A stretch of 64,000 bases of DNA from SAR324 cluster bacterium (GTDB lineage: Bacteria; SAR324; XYD2-FULL-50-16; HCM1). Shown piece by piece: positions 27,220-37,845 of the stretch; positions within the stretch are counted from its first letter, which is position 1, and each line of letters begins with the position of its first letter. The stretch covers positions 87,653-151,652 of the forward strand of contig PUHO01000012.1 in the NCBI GenBank assembly GCA_002995645.1, written 5' to 3'. Below the pieces are notes generated by a model. That model searched no databases. It was not told the DNA's origin and saw only the letters and a list, made by a program, of their open reading frames with translations. The position numbers and the translations under genes were made by a program.

Positions 27220-28188
27220 TTATATAAAAGAATAACTCCAATATAGTATTCCAATGGATAGTAAAACAAAGCCTTTGATGCGCGTAAGTTTCCAATGTAT
27301 ACGCATAAAAATAAGCGTAACTGTAGTTACTCCCCACAAAAGCCATAATGTTGGTAGTAATGCCGGCGTTAATCCGGTTTTCATTTGAAACGTTGAAATA
27401 AAGCCAAATACGGCAAGCAAATTAAAAAGATTACTTCCTAATATCATGCCAAAAGCCATTTCATTTTGCTTTTTAAGGCTACAGACTAACATAGAAAATA
27501 ATTCTGGAGCCGATGTGCCAAATGCGGTTATAGTTAAGCCAATAATCCAGTTTGATATACCGAAAGTATACGCTATATTTTTTACGCTGTAAATAAGCAA
27601 ATAGGAACTTCCGATTAAACAAGAAAGCCCTAGTGTAAAATAAAAGACGTAGACAAATAAGCTTTTTGTTGGTTTTGTTTGCCATTCTTCCGGATCTAGG
27701 CTATTCAATATAGTTTGTTTACTTGTCTTAATAAGATAGTAAAGATAAATGATAAGAGAAGCAAGAAAGAACACGCCTTCAAAAAAGAAAGTATAAGTTG
27801 CTTCTTTTGTTGCAAAAGCAAAGGCAAGTAAAGTGGCAATGCCGGTCATGCTCCAAAGAAAAAGACCGTCGCGATATACGTATTCTTTTTTAACGCTAAT
27901 AGGCAAGATTAAAGCGGCAATACCAAGTAAAAAAGAAGTATTAAAAATATTCGAGCCAAGGGAGTTGCTAAAAGCAAGATTGTGATGATGTTGCAAAGAA
28001 GCAAGCACACTTACAATGAATTCCGGCGTAGAAGTGCCAATAGCAACAAAAGTTAACCCAATTGTAATTTCAGGTAAATGAAAATATTGTGCCATTTTAG
28101 CAGCTCCATGAATGAACAAGGTAGAGCTATAGTAAAGAAGGATAATAGATAGCGCAAAAAGAAAAAATAAGAAAATAGAAAATAACAT
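27220..28188 (-). CDS. Na+/Ca2+ exchanger family membrane protein (CaCA/YrbG-like)
   Basis: Two alpha-repeats (GTSTPEFIVSVLA and GTSAPELFSML). About 10 TM helices. Confidence 0.75.
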   Translation of the reverse strand: MLFSIFLFFLFALSIILLYYSSTLFIHGAAKMAQYFHLPEITIGLTFVAIGTSTPEFIVSVLASLQHHHNLAFSNSLGSNIFNTSFLLGIAALILPISVKKEYVYRDGLFLWSMTGIATLLAFAFATKEATYTFFFEGVFFLASLIIYLYYLIKTSKQTILNSLDPEEWQTKPTKSLFVYVFYFTLGLSCLIGSSYLLIYSVKNIAYTFGISNWIIGLTITAFGTSAPELFSMLVCSLKKQNEMAFGMILGSNLFNLLAVFGFISTFQMKTGLTPALLPTLWLLWGVTTVTLIFMRIHWKLTRIKGFVLLSIGILYWSYSFI

Positions 28189-28194
28189 ATAAAA

Positions 28195-28992
28195 CTAGAA
28201 TAGTTTAGTATTTTTTATAGTCTCAAAATCACGTAAAAGACTATTTGGCGGATATATTCCTTTAAGCACGCACATACAAGGAAATACTATAGAGCTGTGT
28301 CCAATTAAAGCAACAGGCGAAAGCACGCTATTACAACCGGATTCAAAACCTTCGCCAAGAATAGCTCCGACTTTATTAGGTAGTTTTATTTTAGACGTAG
28401 ACGTAGATAAAAATAAAGGTGGGAATGCTTGTTTTTGTTTTTCTTCTAAACTACGAAAAGCAAGATTAGAAAGCTTTGTTCCGGCACCTAGGTTAGTATA
28501 GCTTCCAAGAATGCTATCGCCAATATAAGCAAAGTGCCCGGCTTCTGAGTGGGGAAAGAAAAAACTATGTTTCACTTCTGTTGTGTGTCCAACAGTACAA
28601 TGCGAGCTAATCCAGCAATCTTCTCTAAGATACGCTCCTTGCCGAATTTGGCAACGTTCTTGGATTACAACGTTACTTTTAATGGTGGCGCCTGCTTCAA
28701 CAAGGGTATGTGCGTCAATGAAAATAGCTAGTTCTTTGTCTATAAAAGGTTTTGTAAAGAAAACGTCTTTTGTAAAAAAATAACTACTATTAGTTAAATC
28801 AGCAGTTTTAATGTGATTACGTTGCATTCCTTCTTGCAATGCTGTTGATGCCGTTTCGTTTTGATTTATAAACGAAGTAATTGCCGGGATAATCTTAGAA
28901 AGCATATCCCAAGGATAAGTAACGCCTTGTAGTAAAAAATGATTTGTTTGCGAGGCAAGCGGAAAGTAAAAAGGTAACGTAAAATAATCCAT
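28195..28992 (-). CDS. Hexapeptide-repeat (left-handed beta-helix) transferase-like protein
   Basis: Imperfect hexapeptide repeats in the central region (…YLREDCWISSHCTVGHTTEVKHSFFFPHSEAGHFAYIGDSILGSYTNLGAGTKLSN…). The exact family is unclear. Confidence 0.35.
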   Translation of the reverse strand: MDYFTLPFYFPLASQTNHFLLQGVTYPWDMLSKIIPAITSFINQNETASTALQEGMQRNHIKTADLTNSSYFFTKDVFFTKPFIDKELAIFIDAHTLVEAGATIKSNVVIQERCQIRQGAYLREDCWISSHCTVGHTTEVKHSFFFPHSEAGHFAYIGDSILGSYTNLGAGTKLSNLAFRSLEEKQKQAFPPLFLSTSTSKIKLPNKVGAILGEGFESGCNSVLSPVALIGHSSIVFPCMCVLKGIYPPNSLLRDFETIKNTKLF

Positions 28993-29015
28993 AATTATAT
29001 TTTAGAAAAAGTTTT

Positions 29016-30296
29016 TTATCTAAACAAACTGTGTATATCGTTAAAAATAACGTACATAATAATAATTAATAGTAGGGACATACCTAGATATTGAATTTTT
29101 GTTTTCCATTGTATAGGAATATCACGGCGAATTACGAACTCAATTAGTAAAATGAAAAGATGCCCGCCATCTAGTGCAGGAATAGGAAGTAAATTAAAAA
29201 TAGCTAGTTGCAAGCTAATTAATGCTAATGTAAAAAGCCAAACGCTAACGCCTTGCTTTGCCGCATGCCCCACAGTAACGGCAATGCGAATAGGTCCTGC
29301 TAATTCATCTTGTTTAACGCCGTGCGTTAAGGCATGTTGTATAAAGTGGATAACAAATTGTACAGTTAAAAGGGTGTTAGTAAAACCTTTTTTAATTGCT
29401 TTGCCAATAGGTTCCTTTACTTGTATCGTAGGTAAGATAATACCTATGATTTTACGTTTATTTTGTATTTCCGGGGTTATCTTAACTTGTATAGTTTTAT
29501 TATTACGTATTATTGTTAACGTTACGTCTTCATTGGTATTCGCTTGGATTAGGTTTGTCATGCTATTCCAATAGGTAATAGTAACGCCGTCAATTTGTGT
29601 GATCTTGTCGTTCTTTTGCAAGCCTGCTTTACTTGCCGGCGAATCAGGGAGTACTTCGCCAATAATAGGCGGTATCGCCGGTTGTATATCAAGAAATTGA
29701 TCCTTTTTTAAATTAGGAACTAAAATAGTTTTTTGCTCTGTTTTTCTTTGTACTGTAATGGTATAAGGTTTGTTTTTTATTTTTAAATTAGCCAAGAGCG
29801 GGAACGCTTCTTCCCAAGTGGCTACTTTCTTTTTGTTTATACTAAGAATCGTATCTGCTTCTTGCAACCCAAGTTTACCGGCAAGGGTAGTAGCTTGGAT
29901 TGCACCAAGTACGGGCTTGCTAAATAAATATGCCGGTTGTTTACTTCCTATTTGATAGGCAATAGAGAAAGCAATAAACGCAAATAATAAATTAAACAAA
30001 GGTCCGGCAATAATAATCCAAGCTTGTTGTAATTTTGTTTTAGAAGCATAGTTTTGCGGATCTGTTTTGTCTGCTGTGGCTTCCGATTGCCCTAGTATTT
30101 CAACGTAGCCACCAAGAGGAAGCAAAGAAAGGCAATATTCTGTTGAGTTAATTACTTTTGTAAAAATCTTAGGAGGTAAGCCAATAGAAAAAGTTAAGAC
30201 TTTAACGCCAACTGAACGTGCCGCTAGAAAATGCCCCAGTTCGTGTATGAAAATTAAAATAGTTAATGTAGCGAGAAAAGAAAGAACGGCAATCAT
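29016..30296 (-). CDS. rseP: Site-2 protease RseP (zinc metalloprotease with PDZ domains)
   Basis: HELGHFLAARSVGVKV zinc motif, PDZ-like central region, C-terminal LDGGHL motif. Confidence 0.85.
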   Translation of the reverse strand: MIAVLSFLATLTILIFIHELGHFLAARSVGVKVLTFSIGLPPKIFTKVINSTEYCLSLLPLGGYVEILGQSEATADKTDPQNYASKTKLQQAWIIIAGPLFNLLFAFIAFSIAYQIGSKQPAYLFSKPVLGAIQATTLAGKLGLQEADTILSINKKKVATWEEAFPLLANLKIKNKPYTITVQRKTEQKTILVPNLKKDQFLDIQPAIPPIIGEVLPDSPASKAGLQKNDKITQIDGVTITYWNSMTNLIQANTNEDVTLTIIRNNKTIQVKITPEIQNKRKIIGIILPTIQVKEPIGKAIKKGFTNTLLTVQFVIHFIQHALTHGVKQDELAGPIRIAVTVGHAAKQGVSVWLFTLALISLQLAIFNLLPIPALDGGHLFILLIEFVIRRDIPIQWKTKIQYLGMSLLLIIIMYVIFNDIHSLFR

Positions 30297-30308
30297 TATT
30301 ATATTAAA

Positions 30309-31490
30309 CTAATTATTTTGCAAGATAGAGCGTATATACTCACTTCCCCAGTGATTTGCTTGTAACGCGTCTTCTATAGTCTCTAATTTTTGCAGGTAAG
30401 GCAATATTTTTTGTTGTTCTTCAATATGTTGAATCGCTTTTGCTAATAAAGAAAAAATAGTAATAAAAGAAATTTGCTTATTAAGAAAAGCTTCTGTAAT
30501 CGCTTCGTTAGCTCCGTTAAAAGCAGCGCAACAACCGCCGCCTAGTTCTAGCATGCGGTATGCCATGTTTAAAGTTGGGAATTTGCTATGATCAACAGAA
30601 TGAAAGCTTAGGTTTTCTAGTTGGTCTAGTTTCAAAGGTTCACAACCGGAACGAATACGTTTAGGGTAGCCTAGACAATAGGATATAGGTATACGCATAT
30701 CAGCTTGCCCAAGTTGCGCTAGTGTCGATCCGTCTTGAAACGAGACAAAAGAATGTATTACTGCTTGCGGGTGAATCGTTACTTGCACTTGATTTGCTTG
30801 TATATTAAAAAGCCATTTTGCTTCAATAACTTCTAGCGCTTTATTCATTAACGTTGCCGAATCAATAGTAATTTTTTTCCCCATATTCCACTTAGGGTGT
30901 TTTAATGCCTGTTCTAGTGTAATAGAAGGAAAATCGGCAAGGTCTGTTCTATAAAAAGGACCTCCTGACGCGGTTAAAGTAAGGCTTTCTATTTTGTTAT
31001 CTGTTTGTAAACATTGGAAAATAGCATTGTGTTCACTGTCAACAGGAAGTAAAGTAGCACCTGTATTGTGACAAGTTGTTGTTAGTAATTCCCCGGCAAG
31101 GACAATCGCTTCTTTTGTGGCTAAAGCAATGGTTTTGCCTGCTTTTGCCGCTGCCATAATAGGAAGAACGCCAATACTGCCAACAATAGCGGCAACAACA
31201 AGATCTATTTCCTTGTGTTCGCTAATATAAACGAGCCCCTCTTTTTCGTCATGTATTTCTAAAGGCAAGGTATATTTACCAAGATACGTTAAAAATGCCT
31301 CTTTATTTTCTTGTGGCAAGACAACGTGTTGCGGCATAAATATACGCGTTTGCTCCGCAAGCTTAGCAAGGTTGCTATGTCCGCTTAATGCCCAGACTTT
31401 AAATTTATCTTGGTTTTGTTGAATAACGCTAAGTGTACTTTGTCCAATTGAGCCGGTACTACCTAAAATGGAAACAGTTTTTTTTTTCAT
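30309..31490 (-). CDS. dxr: 1-deoxy-D-xylulose 5-phosphate reductoisomerase
   Basis: Rossmann start MKKKTVSILGSTGSIGQST at an internal Met; the 28-aa upstream extension would overlap the cdsA end. Dxr blocks LPVDSEHNAIFQCL and GGPF. Confidence 0.9.
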   Translation of the reverse strand: MKKKTVSILGSTGSIGQSTLSVIQQNQDKFKVWALSGHSNLAKLAEQTRIFMPQHVVLPQENKEAFLTYLGKYTLPLEIHDEKEGLVYISEHKEIDLVVAAIVGSIGVLPIMAAAKAGKTIALATKEAIVLAGELLTTTCHNTGATLLPVDSEHNAIFQCLQTDNKIESLTLTASGGPFYRTDLADFPSITLEQALKHPKWNMGKKITIDSATLMNKALEVIEAKWLFNIQANQVQVTIHPQAVIHSFVSFQDGSTLAQLGQADMRIPISYCLGYPKRIRSGCEPLKLDQLENLSFHSVDHSKFPTLNMAYRMLELGGGCCAAFNGANEAITEAFLNKQISFITIFSLLAKAIQHIEEQQKILPYLQKLETIEDALQANHWGSEYIRSILQNN

Positions 31491-31503
31491 GTATACGTAA
31501 AAA

Positions 31504-32322
31504 CTAGTGTAACGGAAGTCGGAAAAAATATAAAAGAAGCATAAATACAGGAACTGCAAAAAGGTAAGCGTCAATACGATCTAGCATACCGCCATGTTCC
31601 GGAAGGAATTTGCCAGAATCTTTTACGCTATAAATACGTTTCCATTTTGATTCAAATAAATCGCCCATTTGCCCCACAAGAGTCGTTATAATTACAATGA
31701 TAATAAAAGGAGCAAGGGCAATGAACGAAAGCGCAGGAGAAAGAAAAAAGCGAATAAGTAAAGTAACAACAAGAGCGCTACTTAAGCCGATTAAGCTTCC
31801 TTCTATTGTTTTATTAGGGCTAATGGACGGCGCTAGTTTGTGTTTGCCGAAAAAAGTTCCGCCAAGGTAAGCCGCTGAATCGCTTGTTATAATCATCGCA
31901 AGGATAAGAATAGTATAATATAATTGTAAGTGACTATCTGTTGCTCTTTGTAATAACATGCCCCAAGGTAAAGCAAGCCATAATAAGATAGTTAGTAAAT
32001 GCTTATAGGTTATAGTATTATTCTGTAATAAAAGAAAAAGCCCAACACAAAGCGTAAAGAGCATTATGCCAAGTCCATAAGTCCAACTAGTAAAGAATAA
32101 ATCAAAACTAATAAGAGCGGATAGAGAAAAAAGATATAATAAAGGTAACGTTAGCTTAGTCACGTTTGTATATTCATAAACACATACAAGAAAAAGCAAA
32201 TAGCTAATTACTTTGAAAAGCCACAGTGGAACAAAAAATAAATAGCAAATAGCAAAAATAGCTAGGACAATGCTTACAAGAGTACGAATTAATAAAATAC
32301 GAGACGTGCTAGAAGTTTTCAT
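31504..32322 (-). CDS. cdsA: Phosphatidate cytidylyltransferase
   Basis: Polytopic membrane protein. C-terminal CTP-transferase signature GK…SVKDSG…PEHGGMLDRIDAYLFAVP. Confidence 0.85.
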   Translation of the reverse strand: MKTSSTSRILLIRTLVSIVLAIFAICYLFFVPLWLFKVISYLLFLVCVYEYTNVTKLTLPLLYLFSLSALISFDLFFTSWTYGLGIMLFTLCVGLFLLLQNNTITYKHLLTILLWLALPWGMLLQRATDSHLQLYYTILILAMIITSDSAAYLGGTFFGKHKLAPSISPNKTIEGSLIGLSSALVVTLLIRFFLSPALSFIALAPFIIIVIITTLVGQMGDLFESKWKRIYSVKDSGKFLPEHGGMLDRIDAYLFAVPVFMLLLYFFRLPLH

Positions 32323-33017
32323 GCTTTTCCTTGTCGTTGTTCTGTTGTGTCGTAAAAAAGCAAAGCCTTTTCAAAATCAGCTTGCTTAAAATCAGGCCAT
32401 AAAGTAGGAGAAAAAAAGATTTCAGCATACGCAGATTGCCATAATAAAAAATTAGAAAGCCGTTGCTCGCCGGACGTTCGTATGAGCAAATCAACGTTAG
32501 CCGCCGCTGGATTGTCTAAATAGCGATTAAACACGTCTTCAGTCAATTCTTCTTGCGGGATATTTGCTTGCATGATTTTTTGGCAAGTACGGATAATTTC
32601 ACTTTTCCCGCCATAGTCTACTGCAAGATTAAGTTGCAAAGTCCGGTTGTTTTTTGTTTCTTCAATACGTTCTTGTAAAAGCGAAATAAGTTTAGGTGAA
32701 AGTTTATCTTTTTTACCTATATGTTTAAGGCAAATATCTTGTTCTATAAAAAAAGATTGATTTTCTATGAGGTATTTATAAAACAAATCAAAAAGAAGTG
32801 AAATTTCTTTTTGTGAACGTTTCCAATTTTCTGTGGAAAAAGCAAACAGCGTTACTATTTTAATATTATAAGTTAAGCAGGCTTGTAAAGTCTCTTTAAT
32901 AGCTGTTATAGCATTAGTATGTCCAAATGTGCGTTCTTTTTTATGTCCCTTCGCCCAACGGCCGTTCCCGTCCATAATAACACCAACATGACGTGGAATA
33001 TTCTTTAATGTAAGCAC
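32319..33017 (-). CDS. uppS: Undecaprenyl diphosphate synthase
   Basis: HVGVIMDGNGRWAK and the cis-prenyltransferase fold. 4-nt overlap with cdsA. Confidence 0.9.
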   Translation of the reverse strand: MLTLKNIPRHVGVIMDGNGRWAKGHKKERTFGHTNAITAIKETLQACLTYNIKIVTLFAFSTENWKRSQKEISLLFDLFYKYLIENQSFFIEQDICLKHIGKKDKLSPKLISLLQERIEETKNNRTLQLNLAVDYGGKSEIIRTCQKIMQANIPQEELTEDVFNRYLDNPAAANVDLLIRTSGEQRLSNFLLWQSAYAEIFFSPTLWPDFKQADFEKALLFYDTTEQRQGKA

Positions 33018-33040
33018 AAGTTTTTTATTGAAAATTGGAT

Positions 33041-33751
33041 TTAAATAGCCCCAAGGTAAGCTTTTCTTACTTCATCGCTCTTAGCTAGTTCTTTTGCGTC
33101 GCCTTGCATGACAATTTCCCCGTTTTCTAATACGTATGCTCGCGTTGCTTTTTGTAAAGCTAAGTTGGCATTTTGTTCGATTAGAAAAATACTCATATTA
33201 TATTCTACGCGAATTTGCTCAAATAGGTTAAAGATTTGTTGTATAATAATAGGAGCAAGCCCAAGAGAAGGTTCGTCTAGTAGTAAAAGCTTTGGTTTTG
33301 CCATTAAAGCGCGCCCAATAGCTAGCATTTGTTGCTCGCCGCCGCTTAAGGTGCCGGCTTTTTGTTTGCTTCTATCTTGTAGAATAGGAAAGAAAGAATA
33401 AATATGATCTAATTCTTTTGAAAAATTATGTTTGTCTTTACGTAAGTACGTGCCAATTAATAAGTTTTCCAATACTGTGAAATTAGGGAAAATATGGCGC
33501 CCTTCCGGAACGTGTACGATTCCTTTTTGTACTATATTATGCGGTGAAAGGTTGGTAATATCTTCATCTTGGAATGTAATTTTCCCTTCTGTACAAGGTA
33601 AAATGCCGGAAATAACCATGAGAGTTGTTGTTTTTCCACTTCCATTGTTACCAATTAAGGTGATAATTTCACTTTCGTTTATTTCTATGCTAATACCGTG
33701 CAAAGCCCGGATTGGACCGTACGACGCTTTTATATTGTCTATTTTAAGCAT
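33041..33751 (-). CDS. livF: Branched-chain amino acid ABC transporter ATP-binding protein (LivF-type)
   Basis: Walker A GNNGSGKTT, ABC signature LSGGEQQMLAIGRAL, Walker B LLLLDEPS. Confidence 0.8.
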   Translation of the reverse strand: MLKIDNIKASYGPIRALHGISIEINESEIITLIGNNGSGKTTTLMVISGILPCTEGKITFQDEDITNLSPHNIVQKGIVHVPEGRHIFPNFTVLENLLIGTYLRKDKHNFSKELDHIYSFFPILQDRSKQKAGTLSGGEQQMLAIGRALMAKPKLLLLDEPSLGLAPIIIQQIFNLFEQIRVEYNMSIFLIEQNANLALQKATRAYVLENGEIVMQGDAKELAKSDEVRKAYLGAI

Positions 33752-33754
33752 AAT

Positions 33755-34531
33755 TTAGGTTCCTAGATAAGCTGAAATCACAAGCTCGTTGTTTTGGATT
33801 TCATGCGGTGTTCCTGTGGCAATAAGCGCGCCTTGATTCATTACAATAATAGATTCTGAAATTTGCATTACTAATTTCATATCATGTTCAATTAATAGAA
33901 TCGTAATAGGAAATTGCTCTTGTATAGCAAGGATAAGTTCGTTTAATCCTAAAGTTTCTTGATCGTTCATGCCGGCGGCAGGTTCGTCTAGTAAGAGTAA
34001 AGACGGATTAATGGCTAAAGCTCTTGCAATTTCTAATTTTCTTTGGAAAGCATAAGGTAAGCTTCCGGCAAGGGCATTGCCTTGTTCTTCTAATCCTATT
34101 AATTTAAGTAAACGATATGATTTTTCTAAAATCGCTTTTTCTTCTCTTTTAAAAGATCTTGTATTAAAAATAGCAGAAACAAAATTGCAAGACGAACGAA
34201 TATGACAGCCTACCATAATATTTTCTAAAGCACTCATACCGGAGAATAACCTTATGTTTTGGAAGGTTCGCCCAATACCTTGCTCGGCGACTTGATTCGG
34301 TTTTTTACCTTGTATTTCAACGTTTTTGCCGTTTTCTTGATGAAATATAATCTTGCCGTTTGTTGGTTTATAAATACCGGTTAGACAGTTGAATAAGGTT
34401 GTTTTTCCCGCGCCGTTTGGTCCAATTAATGCCGTTATCTGTTTTCTTGGCAAGGTAATATTAATATCTTTAAGCGCTTTAATGCCTCCAAAAGATTTAT
34501 TCACTTTTTCAGTGGTAACAATAAAAGACAT
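33755..34531 (-). CDS. livG: Branched-chain amino acid ABC transporter ATP-binding protein (LivG-type)
   Basis: Walker A GPNGAGKTT. LivG-type insert. LLLLDEPAAGMN. Confidence 0.8.
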   Translation of the reverse strand: MSFIVTTEKVNKSFGGIKALKDINITLPRKQITALIGPNGAGKTTLFNCLTGIYKPTNGKIIFHQENGKNVEIQGKKPNQVAEQGIGRTFQNIRLFSGMSALENIMVGCHIRSSCNFVSAIFNTRSFKREEKAILEKSYRLLKLIGLEEQGNALAGSLPYAFQRKLEIARALAINPSLLLLDEPAAGMNDQETLGLNELILAIQEQFPITILLIEHDMKLVMQISESIIVMNQGALIATGTPHEIQNNELVISAYLGT

Positions 34532-34537
34532 ATACCT

Positions 34538-35722
34538 CTATTCTAAAGTAGCGTTATTAAGTTTATCAAGGTCAAATTGTTTTCTTTTTATTTGTAAAAG
34601 ACCGTTAGGCTTAAAAAGCATAATGCCAATCATACACATTGCAAAAATTAACATACGATAGTCATTTAAAAAGCGAAAATATTCAGGAAGTAAAATTAAT
34701 AAAGCCGAGGCGATAATAACACCAAGAGGCGAGCCCATTCCGCCCAGAATTACAATAGTAAGGATAACGCTAGATTCATAAAAAGTAAAACTAGCCGGAT
34801 TAATATATCCTGTATGGCTAGCAAAAATAATCCCGGCAAAACCAGCCCAACTTGCGCCAATACCAAAGGCGGCTAATTTTGTTTTTGTGCGGTGAATTCC
34901 CATAGAAATACAAGCAATTTCATCTTCTCTAAAAGCTTCCCAAGCGCGCCCAACACGAGAGTTGCGTAGGCGGTGAAAACAAAGTAAAGCAATAATAATT
35001 AAAGCGAGTAATATATAGTATAAAAAAACGTTGCTTCCTCCCTCAGTTAAATGTATACCCGGCAGATTCGGTTTAGGAATAGAGCCAATACCTTGTATGC
35101 CTTTTGTTAAATCTGTCCAGTTATACAAGATAAGCCGTATAATTTCCCCAAAACCTAGCGTTACAATAGCAAGGTAATCGCCTTTAAGACGTAAAACAGG
35201 AAACCCAAGAAGCACGCCAAGACAAAAGGCAAGTAACCCGGCAATAGGGAAAATTTGCCAAAAAGTAAGGTGGAAGTATAAATTTAATAAAGCATAGCTA
35301 TAAGCCCCCACAGCGTAAAACGCAACGTATCCAAGATCTAATAGCCCGGCAAGTCCAACGACTATGTTTAACCCTAGCCCCAACACAATATAGACGAAAG
35401 TAGAAGTAAAGATAGATACGTTGTAATCGCTAGTTATTAAAGGAAAAATAATAGCAATTAGCAAATAAACAGGAAAGAGTTTTTTATTTTGTAAATACAA
35501 TAATTTTTTATTAATAAAATCAGTATGCCCTTTTTTTGCTTTTTGCCTATATTTAAACAGTATTTCCCACAAGAAAGAAGCGACAAACGCAATAACCGCA
35601 ACAAGAGGCAGGTTAAACCAGCGATAGGTTACGACTTCCGTTGCATGTAAAGGTAACTTTAACACAACAAAAGGAAAGAGAAGAAGGCAAAACCAGACGG
35701 TAATAATAAGATGTTTTTTCAT
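34538..35722 (-). CDS. livM: Branched-chain amino acid ABC transporter permease (LivM-type)
   Basis: Polytopic permease with the BPD-transport (LivH/LivM family) pattern. Operon context. Confidence 0.75.
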   Translation of the reverse strand: MKKHLIITVWFCLLLFPFVVLKLPLHATEVVTYRWFNLPLVAVIAFVASFLWEILFKYRQKAKKGHTDFINKKLLYLQNKKLFPVYLLIAIIFPLITSDYNVSIFTSTFVYIVLGLGLNIVVGLAGLLDLGYVAFYAVGAYSYALLNLYFHLTFWQIFPIAGLLAFCLGVLLGFPVLRLKGDYLAIVTLGFGEIIRLILYNWTDLTKGIQGIGSIPKPNLPGIHLTEGGSNVFLYYILLALIIIALLCFHRLRNSRVGRAWEAFREDEIACISMGIHRTKTKLAAFGIGASWAGFAGIIFASHTGYINPASFTFYESSVILTIVILGGMGSPLGVIIASALLILLPEYFRFLNDYRMLIFAMCMIGIMLFKPNGLLQIKRKQFDLDKLNNATLE

Positions 35723-35741
35723 ACGATATAAAATACGTTAA

Positions 35742-36650
35742 TTATACTTTTTCTATTTCTTTTTTACCAAGTAAACCAGACGGTTTAAAAAGTAAAATAA
35801 GAATTAAAATGGTAAAGGCAACTATATCTTCATAATCACTAGAAATATATCCTGTTGCAAAGCTTTCAGACAAACCAAGTACAATGCCACCAAGCATAGC
35901 GCCACTAACAGAGCCAATCCCACCAAGTACGGCGGCAGTAAAGGCTTTAATACCAATAATAAACCCCATATTATAGTTAGCTTGTCCAATATAAGACGAG
36001 ATTAATACGGCGGCAACAGCAGCAAGCGCGGATCCAATAATGAAAGTTAATGAAATAGTAGAATTAATATTTATTCCAAGAAGACGCGTCATTACTTGGT
36101 CTTCCGCAATAGCGCGCATGGCAATGCCGGATCGGGTATATTTTAAAAATAAAATTAAAGCAACCATGCAAGTGAACGCCGATGCAATAATAATGAATTG
36201 AGACGGCAATAAATAGTCAGACATAAAATCTAGCCACGATACTTCCGGAAGAAGTTCGGGGAAGTTAATGAAATTAGAGGTCTGAAAAAGAAGAACGTAT
36301 TCGCGTAGTAGTAAAGACATACCAATCGCACTAATAAGCGGTGCTAGGCGAGAGCTGTTCCTTAGTTTTTCATAAGCTATTTTTTCTACTGTAAAAGCGT
36401 AGCATGCTGTAAAAACAATACTAATTGAAATCGCAATTAAAAGCAGAATAGGAACGCTAATATGTAAAGGCGCTAGTATGCTACACATACTGATAGCGAT
36501 AAAAGCGCCTATCATATAGATTTCACCATGCGCAAAATTGATTAATCCAATAATACCGTAAACCATAGTGTACCCCAATGCAACAAGCGCATAAATGCTT
36601 CCTTTTGTGATGCCACTAAAGAATAGGTCTGTAAAAAAATCAAAATTCAT
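35742..36650 (-). CDS. livH: Branched-chain amino acid ABC transporter permease (LivH-type)
   Basis: Polytopic permease, LivH family (…GLINFAHGEIYMIGAF…). Operon context. Confidence 0.75.
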   Translation of the reverse strand: MNFDFFTDLFFSGITKGSIYALVALGYTMVYGIIGLINFAHGEIYMIGAFIAISMCSILAPLHISVPILLLIAISISIVFTACYAFTVEKIAYEKLRNSSRLAPLISAIGMSLLLREYVLLFQTSNFINFPELLPEVSWLDFMSDYLLPSQFIIIASAFTCMVALILFLKYTRSGIAMRAIAEDQVMTRLLGININSTISLTFIIGSALAAVAAVLISSYIGQANYNMGFIIGIKAFTAAVLGGIGSVSGAMLGGIVLGLSESFATGYISSDYEDIVAFTILILILLFKPSGLLGKKEIEKV

Positions 36651-36674
36651 AGTTACGCCAAATGAAATAGGTTG

Positions 36675-37805
36675 TTATTTTGCTGGTACGAAAGTAGTTC
36701 CACCGGCTTTATACATAACATAGTTCTTTTTAAGAATATCGCCTTTAGGAGAGAATTGTACTTCGCCAATAATAGTTTTGAATTTACCTTTATCTAGTGC
36801 TGTATGTATATTTTTATAGTTTATAGTTTTTGTTTGTTCTAAAACTTGCGCTATAATTTGAGTAATACTATAGGCATAAATACCGAAAGCAGTAGTACGT
36901 TGTTTTCTTTGTGTTAAGATTTTTGAAATAGGTTGCACTGTTTTTAGTGAACTTGGATCAAGCGGGCTACTTACATACGTATTAGCACGGTATTTTGCTT
37001 TTAAGTTAAAGAGAACGTCTGACTTGTGGCTTTCCGGAACAATAACAGGCATTTTTAATCGTTTTTTGTAAAATTGAGTTAACAATTTAGTTCCTTCCGG
37101 CATATATCCTTCAAAAGCAACGGCATCTGGTTTTAAACGACGAAGTTTAGAAGCAACGGCAGAATAATCTACGGCGCCAACAGTGATTCCTTCAAAAGCT
37201 ACTACTTTGATTTTGCCTTTAGCTTGATCTCTTAAGATAGTGGCAATTCCTTTTCCATAAGCATCTTTATCATGTAAAATAGCAATCGTTTTAGCTTTAA
37301 GGTTATTGATTAAGAAATCAGCTTGGAACTCACCTTGGAAGTTATCCGGTGGAATTAAGCGGAAAAAATTAGGATTAGATCCGTCTGTTAAGTTAGTTGC
37401 TGTTGCAGAAGGTGATATAACAACAATATGCGCTTTATTGAAAACAGGTAAAGCCGCTTGTGTTGAGCCGCTACATACGCCGCCAATGACAATAGAAAGG
37501 TGCATGTCTGCGAATTTGTGTGCAATGTTAATTGCTAATTCCGGTTTACATTGGGAATCTTCGGCAGCTAAAACAAGTTTATGACCGTTAACGCCGCCGG
37601 CTTTGTTAATTTTTTCTACAGCTATAGTAGCACTGTTTTTAACAGGAAGACCATAGTTTGCAAAATCTCCTGTTAAAGGAGCTAATATCCCAATAACAAT
37701 AGGGCTAGTTTTTTTTGCCGCAAAAGCAGTACTTCCTAAGAAGAATATACAGCTTAAGGACAAAATGAATTTAATATAAGAAGAAAGTTTCATATTGTAT
37801 CTCAA
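36675..37805 (-). CDS. livK: ABC transporter periplasmic substrate-binding protein (LivK/LivJ family)
   Basis: Signal peptide. Type I periplasmic binding fold (IGILAPLTGDFANYG…). First gene of the liv-type operon. Substrate is not provable (Leu/Ile/Val or urea-type). Confidence 0.7.
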   Translation of the reverse strand: MRYNMKLSSYIKFILSLSCIFFLGSTAFAAKKTSPIVIGILAPLTGDFANYGLPVKNSATIAVEKINKAGGVNGHKLVLAAEDSQCKPELAINIAHKFADMHLSIVIGGVCSGSTQAALPVFNKAHIVVISPSATATNLTDGSNPNFFRLIPPDNFQGEFQADFLINNLKAKTIAILHDKDAYGKGIATILRDQAKGKIKVVAFEGITVGAVDYSAVASKLRRLKPDAVAFEGYMPEGTKLLTQFYKKRLKMPVIVPESHKSDVLFNLKAKYRANTYVSSPLDPSSLKTVQPISKILTQRKQRTTAFGIYAYSITQIIAQVLEQTKTINYKNIHTALDKGKFKTIIGEVQFSPKGDILKKNYVMYKAGGTTFVPAK

Positions 37806-37845
37806 TTAATGAAGTTAAAAAAAAATATAAGTTATCCTAACAAAG

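Noticed and set aside
33041-37805. Urea (urtABCDE) rather than branched-chain amino acid transporter
   Set aside because: The two families are homologous and cannot be cleanly separated by eye. No urease or nickel genes lie nearby in this window, so the liv-type call is kept, with substrate uncertainty noted.
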